From: Psychromonas arctica
Lineage (GTDB): Bacteria; Pseudomonadota; Gammaproteobacteria; Enterobacterales; Psychromonadaceae
NCBI RefSeq assembly: GCF_036697365.1
Contig: NZ_JBAHZA010000002.1
Location: 390,549 to 454,548, forward strand
Reading direction: 5' to 3'
DNA length: 64,000 nucleotides
Position 1 is the stretch's first letter. Each line of letters opens with the position of its first letter. Below are positions 10,918-20,821 of the stretch, piece by piece. Position numbers and translations under genes: made by a program. Below the pieces are notes generated by a model. That model was not told the DNA's origin, did no database searches, and saw only the letters and a program-made list of their open reading frames with translations.

Positions 10918-11817
10918 TTACGCATTAACTCTTGCCACAATAAAATCAATTGCAGCTTTCAGCTTAGGAACTTGATAGCGTTGCTTTTGATATAACAAAA
11001 AAATCCCTAAATTAGGATTTTGTGTCACGGTTAATGATGGCGTAATATTTAACTCAACTAACTCCCCTGATAAGATATGATCCTTCAATGCCCACTTTGG
11101 CATCATTAATATTCCTTTTCCAGCAATAGCTTGCCTTAATAACCAATCACCACTATTAGTGATTAGATAAGGTTTTGCTGAAACGTCATACCATTGCCCT
11201 TTTATATCACATAACCAAGGCGTAGCACCTGCAGGTGTTTTGAAGAACAAGCCTTGAAGTTGCTTTAACTTTAACGCATCTTCAATTTTACCAACTTTTT
11301 TAATATAACTAGGTGCTGCAACTGGGATGAAATCATTATCCATAAGTTTAATGGCAACCACTCGCTCGTCTGGTGCATAGCCTCCACGAATAGCTAAATC
11401 AACCTCATCTCTTGCAAGGGTAGACAGTTCATCAGTGAGTGTCACATTTAACGTGACCTGCGGATACAAACTATAAAATTCATCTAATAAAGGTAATAAC
11501 ACTTTTTCACCAAAACCGACCGTTGAGCTAATATTCAAGACTCCCATTGGGGTGGTTTGATAAGCCCTAACTGACTCATCACTGAGTTCCAGTGTTCTCA
11601 ATACATCGCATACTTGTTGATAATATTGCTGCCCTATTTCAGTGAGAGTCATTACCCTTGTTGATCGCTTTAATAAGGTAGCCCCTAAACTTTTTTCAAG
11701 ATCTGCAATACGTCGTGATAATGATGAAGGCGGTACAGAAAAGACCTCTGCAGCTTTGGTAAAACTGCCCATTTCTACTACTTGAACAAAGTATTTTAAT
11801 GCACGTAGCTGATCCAA
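10918..11817 (-). CDS. LysR family transcriptional regulator
   Basis: The N-terminal HTH region (LDQLRALKYFVQVVEMGSFTKAAEVFSVPPSSLSRRIADLE) is canonical LysR. The likely start is TTG at 11817, preceded by AAGGGAG 6 nt upstream. The ORF track extends to the ATG at 11877. Confidence 0.8.
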   Translation of the reverse strand: MDQLRALKYFVQVVEMGSFTKAAEVFSVPPSSLSRRIADLEKSLGATLLKRSTRVMTLTEIGQQYYQQVCDVLRTLELSDESVRAYQTTPMGVLNISSTVGFGEKVLLPLLDEFYSLYPQVTLNVTLTDELSTLARDEVDLAIRGGYAPDERVVAIKLMDNDFIPVAAPSYIKKVGKIEDALKLKQLQGLFFKTPAGATPWLCDIKGQWYDVSAKPYLITNSGDWLLRQAIAGKGILMMPKWALKDHILSGELVELNITPSLTVTQNPNLGIFLLYQKQRYQVPKLKAAIDFIVARVNA

Positions 11818-11848
11818 TTGAAACTCCCTTGCTATTAAACTTATAACT

Positions 11849-11865
11849 ATTGTCTTTATGACAAT
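11849..11865. promoter_or_regulatory. LysR-type T-N11-A box (ATTGTC-N5-GACAAT) in the divergent LysR/oxidoreductase promoter region
   Basis: Perfect 6-bp inverted repeat with a 5-bp spacer. It lies upstream of the proposed TTG start of the LysR gene and ~100 bp upstream of the divergent oxidoreductase gene. Confidence 0.4.
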
Positions 11866-11968
11866 AAAGATGCTCATATTAAGGTATATATCTCGTCATT
11901 AATAGTTGCAATAATCATTTCCGTTGATTCAACAACATAAACTTTGCTTTTATCAAGAGGAAAATAAC

Positions 11969-12967
11969 ATGACAACATTTACAGCAATTAATCTCGTTAA
12001 ATACCATGAAGGTGGTCATGTGGACTCATCAATTTTCGATGTAGTTGAGAAAACATTACCTGAAATCGAACCAGGTCAAATTTTGGTTAAACAAAACTAC
12101 ATGTCACTAGACCCAGCTATGTTTGGTTGGATGACGCCTGATACTAACAGTTATATCCCACCAGTTGCGCTAGGCGATGTCATGCGTAGTTCTGGTATTG
12201 GAGAAGTCACAGTCAGTAATCATCCAGACTTTACTGTCGGTGATCGTGTAATGGGCATGATGGGATGGCAAGAATACTACATAGGTGATGGTAAAGGACT
12301 AAATAAAGTAACCGCTGACTTACCAGATGAAAGCGTTTTATCTGTTTTTGCATTACCTGGTTTAACTGCTACACAAGGCTTATTTAACGTAGGTAAACCA
12401 CAAAAAGGCGAAACATTAATCGTAACGGGAGCAGCAGGATCTGTTGGCTCTATTGTAGGGCAACTTGCTAAAGCAGATGGCTTACGTGTAATTGGTGTTG
12501 TTGGTAGCGAAGAAAAAGCAGATTGGATTGTCAACGAACTAGGATTTGATGCAGCGATTAATTACAAGAGTGATGATTTAGCTGAGCAATTAGCAGACGC
12601 AGCGCCAGACGGTATAGACGTCTTCTTTGAAAATACTGGCGGACCTATCCAACATATGATCATAGATAAAATGAATGCACATGGTCGCGTTGTAGTATGT
12701 GGTTTGATATCTGACTATCATAGCGATGTTCCGGCACCAGGGCCAAGTTGGTTAAATGTGATTAAACGCCGTATCACTATTCAAGGCTTCACTATGCCAG
12801 ACCATTTTCATAAAGTGCCGGAGTTATTAGAAAAACTAACCCCTTATGTAATGGCAGGCCAAATTAAGCACAGAACCCATGTATTAGAAGGTTTAGAGTC
12901 TGCTATCGATGGTTTAAACCTATTTTCTACCGGTGCCAACAAAGGTAAATTGGTCGTAAAAATTTAG
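11969..12967 (+). CDS. NADP-dependent oxidoreductase, MDR superfamily (YncB/alkenal reductase-like)
   Basis: Rossmann motif GAAGSVGSIVGQLAK and an N-terminal GroES-like domain. ATG at 11969 has an AGGAA RBS. The ORF track starts at 11924. Confidence 0.8.
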   Translation: MTTFTAINLVKYHEGGHVDSSIFDVVEKTLPEIEPGQILVKQNYMSLDPAMFGWMTPDTNSYIPPVALGDVMRSSGIGEVTVSNHPDFTVGDRVMGMMGWQEYYIGDGKGLNKVTADLPDESVLSVFALPGLTATQGLFNVGKPQKGETLIVTGAAGSVGSIVGQLAKADGLRVIGVVGSEEKADWIVNELGFDAAINYKSDDLAEQLADAAPDGIDVFFENTGGPIQHMIIDKMNAHGRVVVCGLISDYHSDVPAPGPSWLNVIKRRITIQGFTMPDHFHKVPELLEKLTPYVMAGQIKHRTHVLEGLESAIDGLNLFSTGANKGKLVVKI

Positions 12968-13004
12968 ACTATTAAATTAATATATAGACATTTAATTTGA
13001 TACC

Positions 13005-13037
13005 AAAAGCACTAACGAGCACCGTTAGTGCTTTTTA
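13005..13037 (+). terminator. rho-independent terminator downstream of the oxidoreductase gene
   Basis: aaaagcactaacg-agcac-cgttagtgctttt followed by ttttt. Confidence 0.65.
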
Positions 13038-13135
13038 TGCCTTCTCGTGTTAATCCCCTATTTTAAAAGTCACTTGTAAAATAATTTAAGATCCCTAGAA
13101 TAGATTTAAACTAACCGGTCGTTTAGGTAAAAAAT

Positions 13136-13714
13136 ATGCCACGCAAAAAGAGTTATGAAGATAATGATGTCATCGAAAAAGCGACGGAGCTTTTTTGGCG
13201 TAATGGTTATCAAAATACTTCAATGAGTTTACTTGAATCTACAATGGGTATTAATAAATTCTCTATTTATGCCAGTTTTGGTAGTAAGCAAGGTGTATTT
13301 ATCGCCAGTTTACAAGCCTATCGAACTCTTCATTCCACAGCGATCATTAAATTAAAGCAAAGTAATCAAGGTTTAATGGCGATCAAAACTTTTTTCTATG
13401 ACTGTTTAGATATTTATCATGACACCGATTGTAGTAAAGGGTGTTTGATGTCTAACACTCGTGCCCAATTAAATAACCATAAAGAAACGAAAATACTCGC
13501 TGAAATTCAATCCTTTGTTGATTATCAACGACAACTCTTTATTGATAAGTTACTAGAGCATGGCCTTGACCAATCAACAGCAGTTAAGCAAGCAAATTAC
13601 CTTATCATTACTAAGCAATCTATATCAGCTGCATCAAAAGTGCATCCCATTGAACAAGTACATGACTATATCGAATTCACTTTCAACGCGATAAGTGCAA
13701 CTCACACACATTAA
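13136..13714 (+). CDS. TetR/AcrR family transcriptional regulator
   Basis: 192 aa. N-terminal HTH (ATELFWRNGYQNTSMSLLESTMGINKFSIYASFGSKQGVF). Confidence 0.8.
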   Translation: MPRKKSYEDNDVIEKATELFWRNGYQNTSMSLLESTMGINKFSIYASFGSKQGVFIASLQAYRTLHSTAIIKLKQSNQGLMAIKTFFYDCLDIYHDTDCSKGCLMSNTRAQLNNHKETKILAEIQSFVDYQRQLFIDKLLEHGLDQSTAVKQANYLIITKQSISAASKVHPIEQVHDYIEFTFNAISATHTH

Positions 13715-13779
13715 CCAATAAACAAGGTGATCAATTTCCACACCTCGTTTCTAACCAATCGTTTAGATATTGGAAAATT

Positions 13780-14946
13780 ATGAATAATCAAATTATCTTT
13801 TTATTAGGCTTGCTGCTTTTCTTTGCAAATGGTGATAATTACGCTGCTGCGCTTTTAATCGTTAACATTGCTGAAGATTTAGATTTTAGTGTTAATGCTG
13901 CAGCAACATCAGTTACAGCTTATATGTTAGCTTTTGGTGTATTTACCATCTTGTTTGGTCCTTTATCGGATCGCTACGGAAAAGTATTTATTATTCATGT
14001 TTCCACATTAGGGACAGCCATTTTTAGTATTTTAGGCGCATTGGCTTATGACTTACCTTCATTAATCTTTTTTAGATCTGTAAATGGAGCATTTGCGGCA
14101 GGTTTATTACCTGTTGTCTTAGCTTACCTAGGACAAGCAGCGTCAGATAATGAGCGACCTCAAGTACTGACTAAAATAATGTCTTATGGATTTTTAGGCA
14201 CTGCGACTGCAACATTGATCGGAGGTTCGATTGCGCAATTAGGCTCATGGAAACTAGTTTATTTAACTTATGGTGTACTAGAGCTCATACTTGGATTAGT
14301 GATGTTAAAAGTCATTAAAAGAGATGAACCGATCAGTAATAAAGTCACCATTATTGCGACCTATAAAAAAGTGTTATCAAATAGAGGTGTCATCGCACTT
14401 TGGCCATTATTTGTAATAATGGGTTTCACTGTTTTTGGAATTTTTACTTACACTGGTCAATTAATCAGTGAGCGATTTGGTTATGATATATTTACTGTAG
14501 GAGCCATGCTATCACCTTTTGGTCTAGGTATTATACTAGCTGGAAAGGCGATGCCGACATTGAGATTAAAATTGAAAAAAGGTTATATGCCTTTTAATGG
14601 ACTATTAATTGCAGCAGCATTAGTGGGATTAGCTAATACACAGAGCCCTGCTTTATTTTGCTTTTATTTATTCTGTTTCGGTGCAGGGTTTATCCTTTTT
14701 CAACCTGTTTTTATTGCTAAAATTCAAGAACAAATTCCAGAAATGAAAGGATCTATTATGTCTATAGCATCCTTTGGGCTATTTACAGGTGGTGCAATTG
14801 GCACCACTTTTAATGGATTTGTAATCACACATTGGGGGATGACAACTATGCTATATATTTCTGCTATTGTGATAACGATTACGGGCTTTATTGCCGCAGA
14901 AATAATGCATAAATTAACACCGAACTTAACAACCATTAAGACCTGA
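13780..14946 (+). CDS. MFS transporter
   Basis: 388 aa, ~12 TM segments. MFS motif region GPLSDRYGK. Confidence 0.8.
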   Translation: MNNQIIFLLGLLLFFANGDNYAAALLIVNIAEDLDFSVNAAATSVTAYMLAFGVFTILFGPLSDRYGKVFIIHVSTLGTAIFSILGALAYDLPSLIFFRSVNGAFAAGLLPVVLAYLGQAASDNERPQVLTKIMSYGFLGTATATLIGGSIAQLGSWKLVYLTYGVLELILGLVMLKVIKRDEPISNKVTIIATYKKVLSNRGVIALWPLFVIMGFTVFGIFTYTGQLISERFGYDIFTVGAMLSPFGLGIILAGKAMPTLRLKLKKGYMPFNGLLIAAALVGLANTQSPALFCFYLFCFGAGFILFQPVFIAKIQEQIPEMKGSIMSIASFGLFTGGAIGTTFNGFVITHWGMTTMLYISAIVITITGFIAAEIMHKLTPNLTTIKT

Positions 14947-14981
14947 ACCATTAATTAAAAATAAACAACCGAGGAATTTAT

Positions 14982-15659
14982 ATGAAACGTGACACCATCC
15001 TATTTGATATTAATGAAACAGTACTTAACTTAAATTTATTAAAGCCTAAATTTGCAAAAGCGTTTGGGGATGAATCTGTAATGGGCCTATGGTTTTCTAC
15101 CCTATTACACACATCCACAGTGTGCGCAGTCACTAATTTAAAAACGGAATTTGCTACTTTAGCCGGTAATGTATTAGATAATGTTGCTGTAAAAACCCAA
15201 ACGACACTCACAAAAGAGGCCCGAGAAGATATTTTATCAACCTTTTCTAGTTTGAAAGCACATGATGATATAAAACCAGCTTTGGCAAAATTACGCGAAA
15301 ATGGCTACCAAACCATTGCCTTCTCTAACTCATCGACTAGTTTAATTGAAAAACAGATCGCCAACGCCGGATTAAACGACACTTTTGATCAAATTCTTTC
15401 TGTTGAAACAACGGGGAGTTTTAAGCCAGATCCAGGTGTGTATCAATTTGCAGCAACCCATTTAGACAAGCCTATTAGTGAATTACGCTTAGTCGCAACC
15501 CATGACTGGGATACGCATGGCGCATTGTCAGCGGGCATGCTAGCTGCGTATATAGACCGTGCAGGCACACCTTACAATCCACAATACTTAACACCAACTA
15601 TTCACGAGCAAGATATGATGTCTGTTGTAGATAAAATCATTCTAGCAGACCCAAAATAG
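14982..15659 (+). CDS. HAD-superfamily hydrolase, haloacid dehalogenase type II-like
   Basis: HAD motif I FDINETVL, motif II FSNSS, motif III GSFKPDP, and a C-terminal Asp region (ATHDWDTHGA). Confidence 0.55.
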   Translation: MKRDTILFDINETVLNLNLLKPKFAKAFGDESVMGLWFSTLLHTSTVCAVTNLKTEFATLAGNVLDNVAVKTQTTLTKEAREDILSTFSSLKAHDDIKPALAKLRENGYQTIAFSNSSTSLIEKQIANAGLNDTFDQILSVETTGSFKPDPGVYQFAATHLDKPISELRLVATHDWDTHGALSAGMLAAYIDRAGTPYNPQYLTPTIHEQDMMSVVDKIILADPK

Positions 15660-15930
15660 CGGGTATTTCTTACCTAGCTTTAATTTTATTTTCAATATGT
15701 TATACCAATTATATTAAATAAGTAATCTAAATTTTACGCAGGAATAATGACTGAGTTCAAGGCGTAATTTAAGCCTTTTGTCGATTAACTTCGTTAATAG
15801 TCTATCGGATAATTAACGGTAAGATGTTAATTTTTAATAATTGTTCTATTTGCGAAAATTACAACGAAGAAATAAGTTATTTTAACAAGGAAAATAGATT
15901 AGTTAATCAGTGTGATTGGTATTAAATAAT

Positions 15931-15970
15931 AAAAAAGAGCTGTACCCTTTAGGATACAGCTCTTTTTAAT
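15931..15970. terminator. bidirectional rho-independent terminator downstream of acnB
   Basis: aaaaaagagctgta-cccttt-aggatacagctcttttt, flanked by an A-run and a T-run. Confidence 0.7.
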
Positions 15971-15987
15971 GTTAACTAAAAGCTAAT

Positions 15988-18789
15988 TTATAGATTATTC
16001 ACAGGAATAAACTCAACTGGCTCTGTCGTCATTTCATCCAATGGTGGAGCAAAATCAGTAAGCTTGATGCCTTTCACTGCGTTTTTGTATTCTTCCATTG
16101 TCGGTGTACGACCAAGAATAGTAGACAATACTACAACAGGTGTTGATGATAATAATGACTCACCTTTTTTACCTTCAGTATCTTCTACAACACGGCCTTG
16201 GAATAAACGAGTTGAAGTCGCCATTACCGTATCACCTTTTTCAGCTTTCTCTTGGTTACCCATACATAGGTTACAACCAGGACGTTCTAAATACATGATG
16301 TTTTCATATTTAGTACGAGCAGCTTCTTTAGGCGTGTCATCATTAAACTCAAAACCTGCGTATTTTTTCAATAGTTCCCAATCACCTTCAGCTTTTAACT
16401 CATCAACAATGTTGTAAGTTGGTGGAGCGATGACTAGTGGAGCTTTGAATTGAATTTTGCCATTTTGATCTTCAAGGTTTCTCAACATTTGCGAAATGAT
16501 CTTCATATCGCCTTTATGTACCATACAAGAACCAACAAACCCTAAATCAACTTTCTTCTCACCTTTGTAATAAGAAACTGGGCGAATAGTATCGTGCGTA
16601 TAACGCTTAGAAACATCTTCATTGTTTACGTCTGGATCGGCAATCATCGGTTCAACGATTTGGTCTAAATCAACCACTAATTCAGCAAAGTATTTAGCGT
16701 TATTATCAGGAGATAAAGCAGCTTTTTCACCAGATTTAATTTCATTGATACGTTTATCAGCAATCGCAATCAGACCTTTCAGCGTTTCTGCTTCGTTGTC
16801 CATCCCTTTATCAATCATGATTTGAATACGGCTTTTCGAAATCTCTAGCGACTCTATTAATGTTTCATCTTGTGAAATACAAATAGACGCTTTTGCTTTC
16901 ATTTCAGCAGTCCAATCGGTAAAAGTGAAGGCTTGGTCAGATAACAATGTACCGATATGTACTTCAATGACACGACCTTGGAAAACATTATCACCAAACT
17001 GTTTTAACATTTGTGCTTGTGTAGCATGTACTACATCACGGAAGTCCATATGGTCTTTCAAATCACCTTTGAAGGTTACTTTAACAGACTCAGGAATTGG
17101 CATTGATGCCTCACCCGTTGCTAATGCAAGACCAACCGTACCTGAATCGGCACCAAATGCGACACCTTTAGACATTCGAGTATGTGAGTCACCACCGATA
17201 ATGATAGCCCAGTCATCTACTGTAATATCATTCAATACTTTATGGATAACATCAGTCATTGGACGGTAAACACCTTTCGGGTCACGCGCTGTAATCAAAC
17301 CAAATTTGTTCATAAACTGCATTAGTTTAGGAATATTTGCTTGTGCTTTAGCATCCCAAACAGATGCAGTGTGACAACCAGACTGGTAGGCACCATCAAC
17401 AATTGGAGAGATAACGGTTGCTGCCATTGATTCAAGTTCTTGTGAAGTCATTAGACCCGTTGTATCTTGCGAACCAACAATATTAACTTGAACACGAACA
17501 TCAGAACCAGCATGAAGTGCAGCGTCTGTCATAACACCTACTGCATTTTTGTTGAAGATTTTTTCAACAGCAGTTAAACCTTGACCTTCATGTGAAATCT
17601 CTTTCGACGGTGCGTACACCAACTCTAATGGAACGCCTAATGTTTCTGCTGCAAATGTTTGTAGTTTTTTACCAAACACAATCGCGTAAGAACTGCCCGC
17701 TTTCATGAACTCAACCGCTTGAGGAGAAAATGCAGATGACACATCAACTAACTCTTTATCGCCGTTGTATAGTTTTTTCTCTTTAGTATTAATCGTTAAT
17801 ACTGTCCCTGTTTCAACAGAATATTTTTGCTCAAGTACTGGGTCACCATTTTCATTTAAAACAGTTTTTCCGTCTGCATCTACTTTCTTAACCCAGTTTT
17901 TAAGGTCTAAACCGATACCGCCAGTTACACCAACAGTTGTTAAGAAGATAGGAGAGATACCATTAGTACCTGCTACAACAGGTGCAAAGTTAACAAATGG
18001 AATATACGGACTAGCTTGTTCACCAGCCCAAAGTGCCACATTATTTACACCAGACATACGAGAAGAACCAACGCCCATGGTGCCTTTTTCAGCAATTAGC
18101 ATTACCTTTTTACCAGGATACTTCTTCTGTAGCGCTTGAATCTCGTCTTGTGCTTCTGGTGAAATCATACATTTACCATGTAATTCACGGTCAGAACGAG
18201 AGTGAGCTTGGTTACCTGGAGATAATAAATCGGTAGAAATATCACCTTCTGCAGCAATGTAAGTAACCACATCGATTGTTTCTGGTATTTCAGGCAATTT
18301 AGTAAAGAAGTCAGCTCGTGCATAACTTTCAAGAAGATCTTTAGCAACTTCGTTACCAGCTTTAAATGCAGCTTCAAGACGTTCAGTATCTGCTTCGTAT
18401 AAGAAAACTTGTGTTTTTAATACTTGTGCAGCTGGTTGAGCTACAGATGCGTCATCAGAAAGTGCTAAATCTAATAACACCTCAACAGAAGGACCACCTT
18501 TCATGTGTGAAAGTAGCTCAAATGCAAATTCAGGAGTGATTTCTTCAACCACTGATTTGCCTAGGATAATGTCTTTTAAAAATTGAGATTTAACACCCGC
18601 AGCGCTAGTTGTACCAGGCAAAGTGTTATAGATGAAGAAATGAAGAGAGTCTTTATGATGCTCATTACCAGTATCTTTGATTTGCTCGATGATTTCAGCT
18701 AATAGCTCACCTTTATCAATTGGTAGTGGATGTAATCCTTGAACTTTACGGTCTTCTATTTCATTTAAGTAATCTAAATACAGGCTCAT
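15988..18789 (-). CDS. acnB: aconitate hydratase B / 2-methylisocitrate dehydratase (AcnB type)
   Basis: 933 aa. The N-terminal HEAT-like and swivel domains and the C-terminal aconitase catalytic domain follow AcnB domain order. Cys ligand regions are VGSCMVHKGD and PGCNLCMGNQ. RBS agaggt sits before the ATG. Confidence 0.85.
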   Translation of the reverse strand: MSLYLDYLNEIEDRKVQGLHPLPIDKGELLAEIIEQIKDTGNEHHKDSLHFFIYNTLPGTTSAAGVKSQFLKDIILGKSVVEEITPEFAFELLSHMKGGPSVEVLLDLALSDDASVAQPAAQVLKTQVFLYEADTERLEAAFKAGNEVAKDLLESYARADFFTKLPEIPETIDVVTYIAAEGDISTDLLSPGNQAHSRSDRELHGKCMISPEAQDEIQALQKKYPGKKVMLIAEKGTMGVGSSRMSGVNNVALWAGEQASPYIPFVNFAPVVAGTNGISPIFLTTVGVTGGIGLDLKNWVKKVDADGKTVLNENGDPVLEQKYSVETGTVLTINTKEKKLYNGDKELVDVSSAFSPQAVEFMKAGSSYAIVFGKKLQTFAAETLGVPLELVYAPSKEISHEGQGLTAVEKIFNKNAVGVMTDAALHAGSDVRVQVNIVGSQDTTGLMTSQELESMAATVISPIVDGAYQSGCHTASVWDAKAQANIPKLMQFMNKFGLITARDPKGVYRPMTDVIHKVLNDITVDDWAIIIGGDSHTRMSKGVAFGADSGTVGLALATGEASMPIPESVKVTFKGDLKDHMDFRDVVHATQAQMLKQFGDNVFQGRVIEVHIGTLLSDQAFTFTDWTAEMKAKASICISQDETLIESLEISKSRIQIMIDKGMDNEAETLKGLIAIADKRINEIKSGEKAALSPDNNAKYFAELVVDLDQIVEPMIADPDVNNEDVSKRYTHDTIRPVSYYKGEKKVDLGFVGSCMVHKGDMKIISQMLRNLEDQNGKIQFKAPLVIAPPTYNIVDELKAEGDWELLKKYAGFEFNDDTPKEAARTKYENIMYLERPGCNLCMGNQEKAEKGDTVMATSTRLFQGRVVEDTEGKKGESLLSSTPVVVLSTILGRTPTMEEYKNAVKGIKLTDFAPPLDEMTTEPVEFIPVNNL

Positions 18790-19249
18790 TTATACCTCTA
18801 ATAATAACAATAATTTAACATACGTAACATTATATACTATAAACATAAAAAATAGATAGCAACTCAACTCGCAGATAAAACGATATAATTCAATAAAATG
18901 AGACTAAAACAGCCCCATATGATTATCATTATCAGTAGCAAGCTACTTGTTAACAATATTGAACATAATTTATCCAACTATTTACAATTGTTGAATTAAT
19001 ACTCTAAATCATCTGATACGTTCTATTTATCAATTACGTGTAATAACCATTAATTAAACATGGATAATTTCCTTTATACTATCATTTCCAATCAATAATT
19101 GAGTATTGAACGACACAATTTACAAATACCCCCCTAGTGACTAACAATCGTTCAATATGAATGTTAAAAACAATTAGCAAATGAATTATGATTTATTTAG
19201 ACTCCTTGTCACTTTATATCTATCCAACTAATGAACAATAGGAAATACA

Positions 19250-19723
19250 GTGCAAGAAATTTATTTAGCTGGCGGATGTTTGTGGGGAGTACAAGAATAC
19301 CTAAGACACCTTCCAGGCGTAACTTTAACTGAAGTAGGTAGAGCAAATGGAACAACACAAATATTAGACGGTAATTACGACGGGTATACTGAATGCGTAA
19401 AAACCCAATTTGATCCTAATATTATCTGTTTAAATACCCTAATCGAACGCTACTTTGAGATCATCGACCCTTACAGTATAAATAAACAGGGAATTGATGA
19501 AGGAGAAAAGTATCGAACAGGGATCTACTCAACAAAAACAGAACACCTTGCCATTGCTAAGCAATTTATTAGCAGCCGTGACGATAGTGCCAAAATAGCA
19601 GTAGAAGTATTACCTTTAAGTAACTACATCAAAAGTGCAGCAGAGCATCAAGATAGATTACAACACTACCCTGATGATTATTGCCATATTCCAGAAGCAA
19701 CACTTCATAAGTATAAACAATAG
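19250..19723 (+). CDS. msrA: peptide-methionine (S)-S-oxide reductase MsrA
   Basis: 157 aa. Active-site motif GGCLWG (GCFWG family) near the N-terminus. Confidence 0.85.
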   Translation: MQEIYLAGGCLWGVQEYLRHLPGVTLTEVGRANGTTQILDGNYDGYTECVKTQFDPNIICLNTLIERYFEIIDPYSINKQGIDEGEKYRTGIYSTKTEHLAIAKQFISSRDDSAKIAVEVLPLSNYIKSAAEHQDRLQHYPDDYCHIPEATLHKYKQ

Positions 19724-19776
19724 TATTTCAATTTATTATTCAGTGCAGGCAAAGAGGTTGTTAATAACCTCATCAC

Positions 19777-20385
19777 TTAATTTAAAATAAAAAATAAGGT
19801 CCCTACCGTCATCGCTCCCATCGTGTAATTAAAACGTTTCTTACGTTTGGCGGTAGTCAACCATTTTGCAATACCTACGCCCAGATAAGCCCAAATGCTA
19901 ATAGCCACAAATCCGTTTACAGCAAAACATAACATGATCCATAAACCTGAAACTAAGTATTGATCTCCCGCTAAGGTGAAAGTACTGATACTGCCAATAC
20001 CCATTGCCCACGCTTTAGGATTAACAAATTGAAAACAAGCTGCCCCTAAAAATGACATGGGCTTTGTTTTTTCTGATTTAATCCCTATTGTATTTCCTGC
20101 AGTAGATGCAGTGGTTATTTTCCAAGCTAGCCAAAAAAGGTAAACACTTCCTAATACTTTTAATATGTCGTAAAAAGAAGGAAAACGTTCCAGTACAGCA
20201 CCTAATCCAAGTAATACCGATGTTAACAAGCAAGCAATCCCAACAATAATCCCGAAAACATGTGGCAATGTTTTTTGATAACCAAATTGAGCGCCTGACG
20301 CTAACAACATAATATTGTTTGGACCTGGCGTTACCGACATAACAAAAGCAAACAAAGAAATTGCTAACAATGAAGAGATGTCCAT
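19777..20385 (-). CDS. LysE/RhtB family amino-acid exporter
   Basis: 202 aa with 6 TM segments. N-terminal signature FVMSVTPGPNNIMLLASGAQFG. Confidence 0.8.
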   Translation of the reverse strand: MDISSLLAISLFAFVMSVTPGPNNIMLLASGAQFGYQKTLPHVFGIIVGIACLLTSVLLGLGAVLERFPSFYDILKVLGSVYLFWLAWKITTASTAGNTIGIKSEKTKPMSFLGAACFQFVNPKAWAMGIGSISTFTLAGDQYLVSGLWIMLCFAVNGFVAISIWAYLGVGIAKWLTTAKRKKRFNYTMGAMTVGTLFFILN

Positions 20386-20386
20386 A

Positions 20387-20587
20387 TTACCCCCTCCCTA
20401 CAATAAGCTGATAGAGGTTGCGGATCCCTTTTCCCGTAATATATTTGATATTATTCTTAGTTAGCTCTCTGTCGACTTGATACTGCGTCTTACCTATATC
20501 CCTAAGAGTAAAGCGAGGTAAATGACGTAATTGCTGTCGTGTCCGATACTGTCTACATAACAATAATATTCTATTTAAATACTGCAT
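20387..20587 (-). CDS. DUF1127 domain small protein (possible)
   Basis: 66 aa. The motif QQLRHLPRFTLRDIGKTQYQVDREL resembles the DUF1127 core (LxxLsDxxLrDIGltR). It sits immediately upstream of the LysE gene, 1 nt from it. Confidence 0.4.
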   Translation of the reverse strand: MQYLNRILLLCRQYRTRQQLRHLPRFTLRDIGKTQYQVDRELTKNNIKYITGKGIRNLYQLIVGRG

Positions 20588-20821
20588 TGAGCCTCCTGAT
20601 TATTAACATTTCATTTATTGATTCAATTTTTGAATACCAAATGATTGTAAATAACAACAAAATGCAATACAGATTCAAATAAAATTATTTTCACAATACA
20701 GATATATCGATGAACGCACTGTATGCACAAAAATCATTCATTCTGTATGGTTAAGTTATAGTGTTTTGACTTAGTATATAATTCAGCCGAAGTATTACAT
20801 TTGCTTTTAAGGAAGAAAGTC

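Noticed and set aside
16064-18377. Multiple 60-124-aa ORFs antisense to acnB, and similar antisense ORFs inside pepN, pat, the giant ATPase gene, opgH and opgD
   Set aside because: They are fully embedded in long, well-supported genes on the opposite strand and have no conserved motifs. They are typical six-frame noise.
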